DNA of 63,842 nt, counting the filler, from Octopus bimaculoides (taxonomy: Eukaryota): assembly GCF_001194135.2 (NCBI RefSeq). It is 6 parts of 5 records of this genome, joined end to end, with 100 filler letters (N's around TTAATTAATTAA, not from the genome) between each part and the next. Parts side by side here need not be neighbours in the genome. Positions count along the whole stretch, not along the records: positions 1 to 24,509 come from NC_068982.1; positions 24,610 to 41,031 come from NC_068983.1; 4 more parts are not named here. The stretch is one strand, 5' to 3'. The stretch's first letter is position 1, and each line of letters opens with the position of its first letter. A model generated the notes under the pieces. It did no database searches. It had not been told where the DNA came from and saw only the letters and a program-made list of their open reading frames with translations. This document shows positions 12,890-25,582 of this stretch, piece by piece. The position numbers and the translations under genes are program-made.

Positions 12890-13760
12890 ATGAACTATTT
12901 GTTAGCCGGTTTAAAAAACAACAACAGCAGATACAACTGCAAGAGCAACAACAGAAGCAACAAAAATTAATGTTACAGCAACAAATGCTGCAATTACTGA
13001 AGTCGTCAGTAAAGCCAGAAAAAATGTTCTCAACAGACTCTGTTGCGAATTCAAATATGAACCTGATGAAGAAGTTACCTTTGAAGCATACTAAAAAAGA
13101 TATGAGCAAATCTTCGAGAGAGAATGTAAAGATTGGGACGACGAGATGAAAACTCACGTAATCTTGAGAAAACTGGTACCAACAGAACATTAACGATACA
13201 GTAATTTTGTACTTCCAAGAAAACTGACTTAAAATTTAGTGACATGGTAGATATATTGAGATAAATTTTCAGTGAAAAAGCTCATTGTTCAGCACACGTT
13301 GGAAGTGCCTGAACATAGAGAAAAGCAACAACAAAGACTTTATCATATATGCTAGTAGAGTAAACAGGGCATGCGAGAAGTTTAAGTTTGATAAATTAAC
13401 TCCAGATATGTTTAAATGCCTGATTTTTACACTGAGGCTTATTGCCAAGAAGGACGCAGAAGTCAGGACTAGAATCCTTGCAAAGCTGGAGCAAAATCAG
13501 GATGTAACCCTGCAAAAAGAGTCTGAGGATGTAAAAGGATGCTTAAATTAAGACACGACACAAAGGAAATTGAACGTAAAGATTGTTTCCAAGTAAAACC
13601 AGTGCGGGATAGTCTGAATATAGATAAAGTGTTTTATAAAAAATATGACAAACATCAGGATAGAAACCCCTGTTTTTCAGGTAGTAGTGTGCACCTGAGG
13701 AAAAATTGTCCATTTGAAAAAGCGTAGTGTTTTCGTTGTGGAAATATAGAACAAATAACG
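12890..13760 (+). pseudogene. Gypsy gag remnant with two decayed Zn-knuckles
   Basis: Q-rich start, FKYEPDEEVTFEAY*KRYEQIFERECKDWDDEMK..LRKL..RYSNFVLPRK, then CFSGSSVHLRKNCPF..*CFRCGNIEQITSH. Multiple stops and frameshifts. Confidence 0.8.
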
Positions 13761-13846
13761 TCGCACTATAGGATGAATATGATTAAACGTCAGAGAAAAG
13801 GTAAAAGAATAAATAGTATTCATCGGAAGAAATTGGAAATTTAACG

Positions 13847-16700
13847 ATGAGAAAATTCGTGAAGGTGAAAATCAGAAATACAAGTGTTAAAATGCAGTTG
13901 GACACGGGTAGTGTCATTACTATAATAAACGAAATAAAGCGGAAATATGTCGGTAAACCGAATTTAATTAAATCTAAAAAGGTAGCACATGGTATTGCAG
14001 GAAAAAATTCTTCAGTGAATTTTAACGCAATGTAACTTTTCGAGGTCAAAAGATTTATGCGTTGAAAGATTCACTTAACTTATTCGGCACAGAACGGATG
14101 GAACTATTTAAATTGTGGAATACACCTATAACTTTTCTGTGTGGAAATGTTGGGTCAGTAAAAGGTTTAAAAGAGGCCGAAGACCTGAGGCAAAAAATCA
14201 AAAAAATTATTTCTAGATGCTTTTTGGAAGAACTGGGTTGCTGTACAAAAACAAACTAAGATCGCAGTAAAGCAAGGTACAACACCGGACTTTAGGCCCC
14301 AACGGAATTTGGCGTTTGCGGCAATAGACTAGGTTGACAAAGAATTGGAAAGACTGGAAACTCTTGGTATAGTCGAAAATAATTGACCACGCAGACTGGG
14401 AAGCACCGACGGTTTATGTGAAAAAGAAGAATAAAAAACTAAGAATCTTTGCAGATTTTTCGGTAGGGTTGAACGATTGTCTAGTCGCGCATAATTACCT
14501 ATTGCTCAATTCGGAAGAGGTGTTTTCAAAATTAAATGGAAGGAAATTCTTCTTTAAGTTAGACCTATTGGAGGTATATCTACAAATGCGAGTAGATGAA
14601 GAATGCGCACATTTGTTAACAATAAACACACACCGTGGTTTATTTAAATTCAAACGGCTTCCCTTCGTGGAAGTGGCTCCTGCCATATTTCAGCGAGTGA
14701 TGAATGCAATGCTCAGTGACTGTGATTTAACTATCATATCTCTGGATGATATTTTCATAAAAAGTGAGGCACAGGAGCAACACATCGAACGAGTAAAAAA
14801 GAGGATTCCGGAAAATAAGCGAATGCGGGTTCAGATTAGAAGAGGAAAAGTGTGAAATTTTTCTAAAAACCCAAATACTTAGGATAAGCAATTGAGGAAA
14901 ATGGACGCAGACCAGACCCATCAAGGGCGAGAACAATAAAGAATATGCCTATCTCAACAAACATTACAATGTTACAAGCTTTTTTAGGTTTGGTGAACTA
15001 TTATTAAGTCTACATTCCAAATATATATAATGTAAGGGCTCTACTACATGAGCTGTTGAAAAGAATACAAAATAGATTTGGATGGATACGTGTCAGAAGG
15101 CATTTGAGGAGTTAAAATGTATTTTAATTTCAGATTTATCACTAACACAGTTCGATCCAAAGTTGGAATCAATACTGGCTACAGATGCTTTTGAGTACGG
15201 TGTAGGAGCCGTGCTCCTACACAAGTGTGACAATAGCAGTAGAAAGGCAATAGCCTATGCGTCAAGGCCACTATTTTCAGCGGAAAAAACTAGTCAGCTT
15301 GAAAAAGAGGCGTTGGCATTCATATTTAGTGTCAAGAAGTTCCATTGGTTTATCCATGGAGGAGGTTTCTGATTGTAAACAAACCATCGCCAGTTGCTGA
15401 CAATATATGAATGCAAGAAAAAAAAAGGAATCCCAATGCATACAGCAAACTAAAACTTTGGGGTACCACACTTTTAAATTATGACTACAAAATAGAGTAT
15501 TTACCTTCGAAAAAGCTAGAGCATGCGGATGGCTTGTCCAGATTGATACCCAAACACGGCGAGTCATTCGAGGACACTGTAATTACAGCTCTAAGAGACG
15601 AAGGCGAAATAAAAAAAACATATTGTAGAGTGTTTTACGAGAGTTACCGGTAACTCTGGAGGATATTAAACGAAATGCGCTAAAAGACAAGTTTATAAAA
15701 GAAATGAAAAGGACACTATGTTCAACAATAGAAAATAAGAAAAGGCTCGGTATGAAAAACAAAACCCAACAAGAGTATACTCAACATGTGATGGAGTACT
15801 GTTGTATGCACATTGTACTCATATCGGAAACACTAGAAAAGAGAATTTTGAGAGAATTTCACGTTGGACATCCGGGTATCTCAAGGATGAAAGCGTTAAT
15901 ACACATTTACTTATATTGGCCAACGATGGGCAAGGAAATCGAAACTTTGGTGAAAGGCTGTAGAGAATGTGCTCTAGCAGTAAAATTACCCAATATAAAA
16001 TGGGAACCTTGGCCAAAATTAAATATTCCATGGTCGAGACTACACATCGATTTCCGCTGGTCCTTTACATGGTTCTTACTGCTTAGTAGCAGTGGATAGT
16101 TTTTTCGAAATGGCCTGAGATTGTAAAGTCTAAGAAACCAACCTTTTCAGCTGTGATAAATATTTTACACGAATTGTTTGTAAGATTTGTCATCCCAGAC
16201 GTTAAAGTGTGTGGCAAGGGAACGCAATTTGTGTCTAGTGAATTAAAAAAGTTTTGTAAAATGTTCGCTGTAGAACATATAACTACGTCAACATACTATC
16301 CCAGATCTAATGGACAGGCAGAACGCTCTGTTGATACCTTCAAAAGAGCTTTAAGAAAAGCAAATAATTAAAGCACAGATGAGGTAACACTTCAACAATT
16401 TTTAAGAGTGTACTCTGTAACATCAAATCCGAATACACCAGCAGGTAGATCACCAGCAGAGCCGATGTTTGCAAGGAAAGTAAAATCAGTTTTTGATAAA
16501 TTGCTACCTGGCATGAAACGAAAAAGTGCCAGGGAAGACATAGCAAGATTTTTTTTAAAGTTGGTGATAGGGTGTACAAGGGGACATATAAAAATGGAAA
16601 GCAGAACTGGGAAGAGGGCGAAATTATCAAATACACAAGTAAAATGATGTATTGAGTCAAAAGTAGAAAGAGAGACAGGAACCAACTGAAAAAGAAGATT
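13847..16700 (+). pseudogene. Gypsy pol remnant (protease, RT, RNase H, integrase)
   Basis: PR MQLDTGS; RT LRIFADFS..KLDLLEVYLQ..RLPF..PAIFQR..SLDD; RNase H LATDAFEYGVGAVL..EKEALA; IN HVGHPG..CREC, WSRLHIDF, SNGQAERSVDTFK. Confidence 0.92.
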
Positions 16701-16943
16701 CCTGGAAAGCGAACCAAAGAAGTTGGAGGAACCGATGGAATGGTTATACAATGAGTTCCAAGTACCAACGCCACTGCAAATGATTGAACCCAGTCGAACA
16801 AGCGAAAGGAAAAGAAAACATACAGAGTTCCTGAAAATAGATGCCAAGAGAATAAAATGTTCTTAGGAAAACAAAAGAATAGGGAGGTGGGGGTGAATAA
16901 AAATATTATTGCTAATTAAAATGACACTTCCTAAGAAAAATTT

Positions 16944-16954
16944 AAAAGGGGAGA
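16944..16954 (+). other. Polypurine tract
   Basis: AAAAGGGGAGA immediately 5' of the 3' LTR. Confidence 0.85.
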
Positions 16955-17237
16955 TGTTGTAGGGAATTAGTAATAATGGTACACCCCTTCCACGTGACGA
17001 GTGGAACGGGCCAGTTACTATAAGTAAGGTGACGTCAGCCGGTATCAACAAAGTATGTGTAGACTGTGTTGATTGTCGTGTCTGTACTGATCTAGTAATT
17101 ATACTACAATACCAAGTGGGTATTATAACGATCCAACCATTTGAGGATAACACTGTACGACTATAACTATATCTGTCAGAGCAACAACTGTCGTCAAAAG
17201 ACTTGGTGTAACAGTGGCAAAACACGGCTTTATAACA
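16955..17237 (+). repeat. 3' LTR (283 bp)
   Basis: TGTTGTAGGGA...TTTATAACA; lacks a ~45-bp block present in the 5' LTR. Confidence 0.92.
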
Positions 17238-19449
17238 AGTAGCTGGCTGGTTTTCTTTAAAATATTTGACCAAGACATCTGATTTAAGGAAGTGGTGCAT
17301 GTCTCACAACTTTTCGAGCGCAAAAACGATTCTTCTATTCCGATTCTGGTCATGATCTCGGCTCACTTAATAAGCCATTATCATTAACATTATCTGAAGG
17401 GAATAAATATCAGTGCAATCTATTTCCAAACACCAGAAATAAATCAACAACTACTGCAAAATTATTAATGCAAATATTAAAATGGAAGCAAATTAATCTC
17501 ATCAGTGTCAGAGAGGCTTCGACTAGATTAAACCATAACACTAATTAGTGAAAATCAATTAGTATATAGGTATTATCATGTAAACAGTAGAGTTCAGCTC
17601 ACGTCATATGGTTTGTATTGTACAATGCTAATAGTCAAGACAGTTTAGTAGTCGATCTTCCGGTGCAACTCTGTTTAATTATCATGTTTCGTTATGTTGT
17701 ATAGTAAGTGGCTGCTATTTCTAGGCCCGTTTTTGTAGAATGCACCACTTGAAGATGAACTCTTGAACCTCTACTGCGTCTATTAGATTTATGTAATTAT
17801 TGATATACGACAAAGGTTAACTTTCACACCATCACCTCTTTCTGTCTCATCTATTTGTACTATGCTGATAATGACATACATTAACTTTTCTAATGAAAAG
17901 AATCGTGTTTAATTTTTCACTTAACAGTCTGTTTTCTGTAGTCATTTCAGTGTTTACAAGAAATTAATATAACGTGTACAATGTTCGTGAACTTCTTCAT
18001 GATTGTTACTGACAGGGTAATATAATGTTATGGAAAATTCTACATTGTTTTGCATATTATCAAACAATGCTTAGAGTACGTTAGGTGACAACAGATAATT
18101 GATCAGTTTACCTCAGAAACAAAGTTGCCATTTTCAGTGTAATTCATTTTGAAAATTTTAATTGCGCAAAGTGTTTCTATATTAAACTATGCTGACAGCA
18201 AGCTCATGACCTCAAGGGCGTCTAGTTAAGATTGAACATGCACATCGTTGAATTACTTCACTCGAACAATATAATTAATCAGTCCAAGTGAACTAAATTC
18301 AATTTCTTGTATATTGTGAAATATGTTTGTGAATATTTTATAGACAACCTAAGTTTAATTATCACCCAAGTCGCTGGTTAATGATAAGAATTTCTGAAAT
18401 CATTATGCAAATTACTGTATAGTAATATTAGAATAAGAGCCTGCACTGTTAGCATTAAGAGATTTATAGAATTAAATTGAATTTTGAAAATAATTAAAGA
18501 ACTAATCTTCATCTAAGACAATATTCCTACCAAATTTCTTTCTATTCGATATTATCCATTATCTACATACGAATTTATATTAACACTTAATACTCTTAAT
18601 TAAAGTTTGGATAGTTCGTCTCATGTTTTATTGTCTAAACTATTATTACCTTTGAACGATTGTTTTATTCATATAGGAATGAAATCTTTGATACGCTTAC
18701 CAGGCTACAGATGTGTATTGCTGAGCGTAAAAATAAGATTGTAAAATTCGTTTTGTATTTTACTGTCACAAAATTATCCTACCCCAAATCCTGTATGATA
18801 TATTTGACTAAACAGGGAGGTCTGAATTGCGTTGCAAACTTACTTCTTCAGAAGAAACCACTCCTTGTATATTTATACCATTGCTTGCCTTATACACAGT
18901 CGTGAACTACGAATATGTTTGCCGAAACCTTATATGAGAGAAGAATCTGAGTATTTAAACGTAAGGTTATCAATCCAGAGGGTTGGTTATGAAGTAAAAA
19001 GAAATTTTGACAGAGTAATCGGCATGAAGTAAAAACTGCAAAATAATCTTCACAAAAAATGTCTGCTTACCCTGCAAGAAGAAAGAGACAGAAAATAATT
19101 ATTTTACCACGACCATCTCGCATTACAATATGTTATTAATAAAAAACAAATATATTTGCCGTTTCAACTGCCATTGTCATTAGCATAATCTCAAATTTCA
19201 ACTTAAACTTCAAGCTTAAACACTTATTTTTATCTGTCTTTTGCTATTGTTGACACGTCTAGTATGACAATATCAAGGTCTTTTACCAGTAACAGGAACG
19301 ATAAGCATTTACAAAATTGAAATATACATTTTTCATAGATACAAGTACGTTCAAAAATATTGTTCGCTTATTTTACAGAAAGTAAAAGGTTACTAGATTG
19401 TAGGACATGATTTTTCTTGTAGATAGAATTTCCAGCTAATGATAATAAT

Positions 19450-19860
19450 GATAATGGTTTCAAAATTTGTCACGAAGCAAGTAATTTCGGGTGAGGAGCA
19501 AGCCGGTTACATGATGCTTCGTTTATCGACCCCAGAAAGAGGAAAGACAAAGAAAGGACGAGCGGAATTTGAACACAGAATGTAAAGTCGGAAGAAATGC
19601 CACAAAGCATTTTTTTTTTCCGGTGTGGTAACCATTCTATCAGATCGACGTCTCGTAATTCAGTCTAATTTCTGGAACAAGCCCGGCAATTTTGAGGAAA
19701 TGGGAGAGTCGATTACATCTACCCCAGTGTTCAACTGATATTTATTTTATCAACGCTGAAAATATGGAAAGCAAAGTCGACCTCGGACGGATTTGAACTT
19801 AAAGACATGAAATGCCGTTAAGCAGCTTATCCGGTGCGGTAACGATTCTGACATCTCAAG
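19450..19860 (-). mobile_element. Two tandem degenerate copies of SINE family A (GGCGGCGAGCTGGCAGAA... type)
   Basis: Reverse-complement similarity to the better copy at 52503-52718 (GTTCAAATTCCG, GTCGACTTTGC, GGGTCGATAAA). Confidence 0.65.
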
Positions 19861-20262
19861 ACGGTTACAATGCCAAGGATTGTAGAAGTATTTGGAATGA
19901 TCAAAAAAGGAACTGAAAATTATTTGAAAATGATCACTACCTAACCCTTCATGCAAGAAATGCAAAAGATAGTTTTAACTCTTCCTACTTCGCCACACAT
20001 ATTGAGTAGAGCATTGTTGTTATGAATTTTCTTTCCGTTTTCCCATTTGTTTTCTTTGTATTCTTTTATCCTTTTACTCACTTTTCTTTTCTTTTTCCTT
20101 TATTCTTTCTTTCTTTCTATCATATAACTTGGCTTTGCGAATGAACAATCTGGTGTGTTTATTTGAATGGCTTAACAATGTATATAATGAGTTTCTTTTC
20201 TCTAGGTGTCGCGAAGACACTTGACAAGAAATGGAAGCAAAATTGAAAGAATCAAAATAGAA

Positions 20263-20307
<45 letters not shown>

Positions 20308-20929
20308 GTTTCTAGCACTCAGAAACTCAGAAATTATGTGGAGAACGGAAACTTATTTTACCGAATCTAGGAGAGATATTTTCTACAGTTAGTGTTTCAT
20401 CGACATAAATTCAGACTTCATCTCATCTGTACCGGCCCTTACTCCAAACGTTCTTTCAGATTATTCATCCCTCAGTTCTTCAATTGCTATAGATAGAGCA
20501 GTAAAAACATAGTGGTGGTGAGCTACTCCATCTTGGATTTTCTGTTTCTTTTCATTTTAGGTTTATTTTACTATTTTGTGTGCTGAGGAATGTTTGCTCT
20601 CTTCTTCGTCCTACTCCCATTCTTGCTCATCTCCCGTTCGATGGTATCCCTGCAAGGCATTCGTCTTCCCAGTCACCAGTGACTGACTTGAGGTAAAAGT
20701 GTGTTATTCGGCAATCCCTGGAGCTACTTGCCCTATTGTGGAGTTGGTGGTATTTTCTGCTTTTTTTTTCTATTCGATTTATTTTCTCCTTGCTCTTCCT
20801 CCTTCGGAAGGCTCATCTGACTTGGACGGGGATAAGAGTATTTCCCTATGTGTATGTCTCTGTTTGTGCTTGTAGAAGATGGAAGAATACAAGCAGGAGA
20901 AGAGAAAGTGTTGATTTGTAATCTCCCCT

Positions 20930-22300
20930 AGTTGGCAATTATTTTGTGAAAGTCCTTATTTCTCACCACTTCAGTTGCTACTGCAGACGTATTTTGTAGT
21001 AATGCTGCTGGTACTCCTGGTGTTCCTATTTCTATAGTTTCTACTCTGATTGTAGCTGTTGTTGCTATGGGTGGTGTTTGTTCAGATGCTGCTAATGTAG
21101 CACCTTGTTTCCTTTGCTGCCTCTATTGTTACCGCTTCTGCTGTTGCAGACTATTGGTATTGCTCGCAGCGATGACGTCGGAACAGAGTGATCAACTTTT
21201 CCTATTTCCTCTTTGGGTTGCGTGGAAATAAGACTCTAAATGATGAAATATTCCTTAGAGGTGGCATCTGGATTGTCTACGCTCCACAGTTATTCTTAAT
21301 TTTTGCCCATTCAGCAGATAGATGAGATCTGCGATCTTTCCATATGTTCATACTTTACATGGAAAAGGACCTCCAGCGTTGTCCCAAACTAGTTATCCCG
21401 CCACATTTTCTTTGCATCCAGTATTGTTGAGCTTTTCTCCCAACAATATTCAGGAAAGTTGTAGCTTTGCTGGGACCTTGGATCTCTTTACTACTCTTCT
21501 TCCTAAATAAGGCAGAGTGCCAAATCCTCCCACAAGCAGGTGACCACTGAATGTTGTACTGGAAGGGCCCCAGTTTTATATAGGACTTCGACCCTATTAA
21601 GCTGACTTTTCCTCGATAAATATTCGATACATTGCTATACATCACATAGAAACCTTTATATGTGTGCCTTCGGGGTCATCTCCAGGTGAAGACTTGTCAG
21701 TCTCATGCAACAATATATAAAAGTCTTTCTAGAGTTACAGTTTCAGGAGGGGTTCACAAGCTTTGTTCTTCTCCCCTCAATTTTCGAAAATTGAGCGGTG
21801 TCTTCTAATTTCGCTCCTCTAATATTCTAATGAGAGATTACTGTTTTCGTGTGGAGAATACCTCAGTAAAGCAAGTCTTGCAGTTGTTGCTGTTGGCGTT
21901 TTAGTTGGTAGTGCGGTTCCTTCCGTCGCTATTATCGTTGCTGATGTTGGAATTGTTGTTGCTATTGCTGTAGCTGTGCTGTTGCCCTTGCTGCAGCTAC
22001 TGTTGTCGCTGCTACTACACCTTTCCATTATTTGTCGTTGCTACTGCTACTACCACTGTTGCTTTCATTGTTGCTGCAGTAGCTCTTTTCCCTTTCTTAA
22101 TGATCCTGTGTTCATACTGTTGTTGATTTTACTGCTACTGTCGTTTGCCGTTATAGCAGTGGTGCATTTTCTGAACACAATGCCTTGCTCCCTACTCTTT
22201 GCTACTGTTAAAACTATTATTTTCGTTAATGTTGCTGTTGTGGTTACTGTTGTTGTTGTTATCGCTATTTTCGTTTGCAGCTCCAGCAATGATACATTTA
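20930..22300 (-). mobile_element. Decayed non-LTR retrotransposon fragment (RLE/R2-superfamily-like RT N-terminus) with Q/T/A-rich low-complexity flanks
   Basis: Broken minus-strand translation includes KSSPGDD, LPVQHSVVT, DPRSQQSY, resembling the SPGxD and W.xSxxT..GDP..xNYRPI motifs of RT domains 0-1. Heavily frameshifted. Confidence 0.4.
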
Positions 22301-22697
22301 GTTGAACTTTGAACTTTCAACATCAAAAAATCCTTCTCTTATTTCCCCCCTTCCACGTGCTATATATCCACATTTGCAATTCAACTTCTACTTCTACATT
22401 CCGTTTGTTGAATGTGGATCCCGACGGCGTGTTTGTGAAAAATATGTGTTTTTCTAAACAAAACAAAAAAATTTTCCTAACAGATTTGTGTCTCAAAGGA
22501 TGAGAAAAACAAAAGGTTTACCGAGCATATTTTGAGTTGTGGTCGGTTAAACAAATATCATATATTAAAATTTCAACAGTTAACTTTTGAACATATTAGC
22601 AGACGAACAGTTTTACGAGCGGCTCGATGAGAAGTGTTGCTGACACCACAATAATGATGATGATGATGATGATGATGATGATATGCCCTGATGCTAA

Positions 22698-23145
22698 ATC
22701 TTAACAATTTGACCATGTCTCTTAGTGGCTGACGATATGTGAATCTCTGATCACGAGCAGGAATAGTTGGGGAACATCATAGCCATGAGGGTTACGCTAA
22801 ATATTCTGCTCAATACCGTTGATTTCCTTGTCAGTTGCTAGACCTTAAGCAGTTGAGCATGTCCCTTAGTTGCTGACGATAGGCGCATCTCTGATCTCGA
22901 GCAGGAATAATGGGGAGAGTATCATATCTGTGTTGAGAAGAATAATTTGGGGTTTGAATAATTCTCGTCTGGAAACGGGTGTTTCGTTCATTGTCAAACC
23001 TTATTCTGGGACCTTTTGAGTAGGATCGGCTATTCGAAGAAGAAAATTCTAACAGAGCCCCACTTGCAAGGTCAGGCACTTTTTATCATGATTTGAGATT
23101 GCTATGGTGTACATACAGTTGTGATGCATGGGCCTGGTGTAAAAT
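22698..23145 (+). mobile_element. Two partial tandem copies of an interspersed repeat also present (opposite strand) at 63440-63842
   Basis: TAGTGGCTGACGATATGTGAATCTCTGATCACGAGCAG..CATCATAGC recurs at ~22723 and ~22866; its reverse complement is at ~63780-63842. Confidence 0.8.
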
Positions 23146-23149
23146 AAGC

Positions 23150-24317
23150 ACCGCGGGGGAAAAGAGTAAATTGTAGGAGCATAGAATTGCCAAACGGAGA
23201 AAGAATGGAAGAGCCGTATGATGATTCGTACAAATACCTTGGGATCCTGGAGCTGGACAATATCTTGAACAGAGAAGTGAAAGACAAAGTCACCACTGCA
23301 TATTTCAAGCGCCTCAAACTCTTGAAATCAAAGCTCAACTCAAAGAACCTTGTGACATCAACATATGGGCTGTTGCTGTTGTCTGCTATACTGCACCCAT
23401 CCTGAAATGGATACAAGTGGAGATTGATCAACTCGATGCACTACATGGTCAGTTCCACCATGAAACCAACAAATTAAAAGACCAAGCAGCATCATGGAGG
23501 TGGCTCAACAAGGGTGACCTAAAAAGAAATACTGAAAGCCTAACCATCGAGGCCTAGGACCAGGCATTGAATACCAACTCAGTGAAAAAGAATAAATATC
23601 ACACAAGCGCTTCGGACCTCTGCAGAATGTGTGGGAAGAGGGCCGAAAGTGTGACTCACATTGTTAGTGCTTGTGAAAATCTTGCGCAGAAAGAGTACAA
23701 GCGTAGACACGACAAAGTAGCCCCAAACCTCCATTGGCTACTATTCCGTAAGTATGGATATGAGGTTACTGGTGCGTGATGCCAACTTACACCAGAAAAG
23801 GTAATGGATGAAAAGGGGAAGAAAAAAAATCCTCTGGGACTTTGATTTCAAGACGACGACGTGTTAGAGCACCGAAGGCCGAATATAGTAACCTTTAGGA
23901 GGGACAAACAAGAGTGCCTTAATAATCGATGTAGCAGCGCCAGGAGATCAACACATCATCATGAAAGAAAGAGAAAAAGTTGATAAATATGGAAACCTGA
24001 GAATTGAGATCGCTAACATGTGACAGCTACAAGAGTTGAGCATAAAGGTTAACCCTATTGACATCAGAGCAGTGGGTTCAATACCACCCAATCTGAAAAC
24101 AACATCTGAAAACTTTAGATATCACTCAATCTAAATATATTGCAAAAGTCGACATTACTTGGAACTGCACGCATATTGCGTAAAGTACTGTCTATCCGTC
24201 TGAGGTCCTTGCTGTGACTTGGAAAACAGTACACACCCCGGTAGACACAATATCTTCAACCCACAACCTCACGATAGTGTATAGTTTGCGATATCTATGA
24301 TAATAATAATGATGATG

Positions 24318-24359
<42 letters not shown>
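23150..24359 (+). mobile_element. R4/Dong-clade LINE 3' fragment with CCHC finger, restriction-like endonuclease, 3' UTR and (TAA)n tail
   Basis: IELPNGERM..YKYLGILELD; HGQF..SWRWL..GDLK; CRMCGKRAESVTHIVSAC; ILWDFDF..RRPNIV..IIDVAAP; LLGTARILRKVL; TAA tail at 24298-24359. Confidence 0.9.
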
Positions 24360-24361
<2 letters not shown>

Positions 24362-24509
24362 CTAACAGAATTGCTAAATAGAACTGGATGCGGTTACAAA
24401 TGCTATGGAAAAACAGTCAGCCACCTTCTATATATGGATGACCTAAAATTATATGCAAAAAACGACAAAGAGCTAGAAACACTACTACAGACAGTACACA
24501 GCTTTACCA
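24359..24509 (+). mobile_element. Second Dong-like LINE fragment (RT catalytic region), running into a gap
   Basis: LTELLNRTGCGYKCYGKTVSHLLYMDDLKLYAKNDKELETLLQTVHSFT (YMDD motif). Confidence 0.88.
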
Positions 24510-24609
24510 NNNNNNNNNNNNNNNNNNNNNNNNNNNNNNNNNNNNNNNNNNNNTTAATTAATTAANNNNNNNNNNNNNNNNNNNNNNNNNNNNNNNNNNN
24601 NNNNNNNNN

Positions 24610-24640
<31 letters not shown>

Positions 24641-25244
24641 ATATATATATATATCTATATATATATATATATATATTGTGTATGTATATTTTTATATATA
24701 TAGTATATATATATATATATATATTTCTGTGTGAGAGGTTGAGAAACCAACTAAAGGATAGTACCTATCCAATATACTGCTGGTAGTGTACCAATTTATT
24801 CATAGCCAAGTGCTAGTTATTGCATGGCAATCTCACAATTGAGTATTATATATGGGCAGGGCTAAAAAAGTGATTTACCCATGGTTTATACGGCAAATAA
24901 GAAAATGGAAATGATATAAAATCCACAGACATCAGCCAGTAAACATTCAAGTATGTCTATTTATTCAATTGTATTGGATGAATAAACACACAAGTATGAG
25001 TGATACAGATTAATGAGTGGGAAAAGCTGGTAACTGCATAGACACAGGCGTGAATGCATACAAGCATAGAGAAACAAATAAGCAAAAATATAAATGGGTG
25101 TGCAGGTACTAGTTCCTTACGGCCGTTTCTGTCAAGAGGCAACAAAATCTTCCAGGCTATCTCCATCACTTCAATATTATGCAGGAATGAATAGACAGGG
25201 CTTGGATAATGGATGTGGCCCTAGGCTTCTTCAGAGGGTCCAAA

Positions 25245-25582
25245 TTAGTTGGGGGGACTAACACATATAAAAATCATCCTAATAAGTAGGAAGGTAGATA
25301 AAACACAAACCCCTTCAGGTAGATGGCCCTGCTCAGTATGTAGAAAAGGAGTAGGTAGTAACTCTATAAGATGTACCCGGTGCAAGCTATGGACACATAA
25401 GAGGTGCAGCAACATCAAAGGCAGGTTAACTAGCAAGTTAGTTTTTGTTTGTGGCAGATGTTCAGGTGCAATAAAGACTGCAAACAAACAGGAAACAACT
25501 TCTATCTCATTCCAGGGTGAAAAACTAGAGGTAGTCGATAGCTTCCGCTATCTGGGCGACCAAGTTAGTAGTGGGGGTGGGT
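25245..25582 (+). mobile_element. RTE-clade LINE RT fragment with a Cys-rich (C4HC3) insert, truncated by a 907-N gap
   Basis: KIILISRK..GRWPCSVCRKGVGSNSIRCTRCKLWTHKRCS..VCGRC..LEVVDSFRYLGD. Confidence 0.88.

Larger units (their letters stand above)
12459..17237 (+). mobile_element. Full-length degenerate Ty3/Gypsy LTR retrotransposon, Mag-clade-like (K02A2.6-type)
   Basis: Paired LTRs with TG...CA ends; TSD AGTAA (12454-12458) / AGTAG (17238-17242); PBS and PPT present; domain order gag-PR-RT-RNaseH-IN. Confidence 0.95.
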
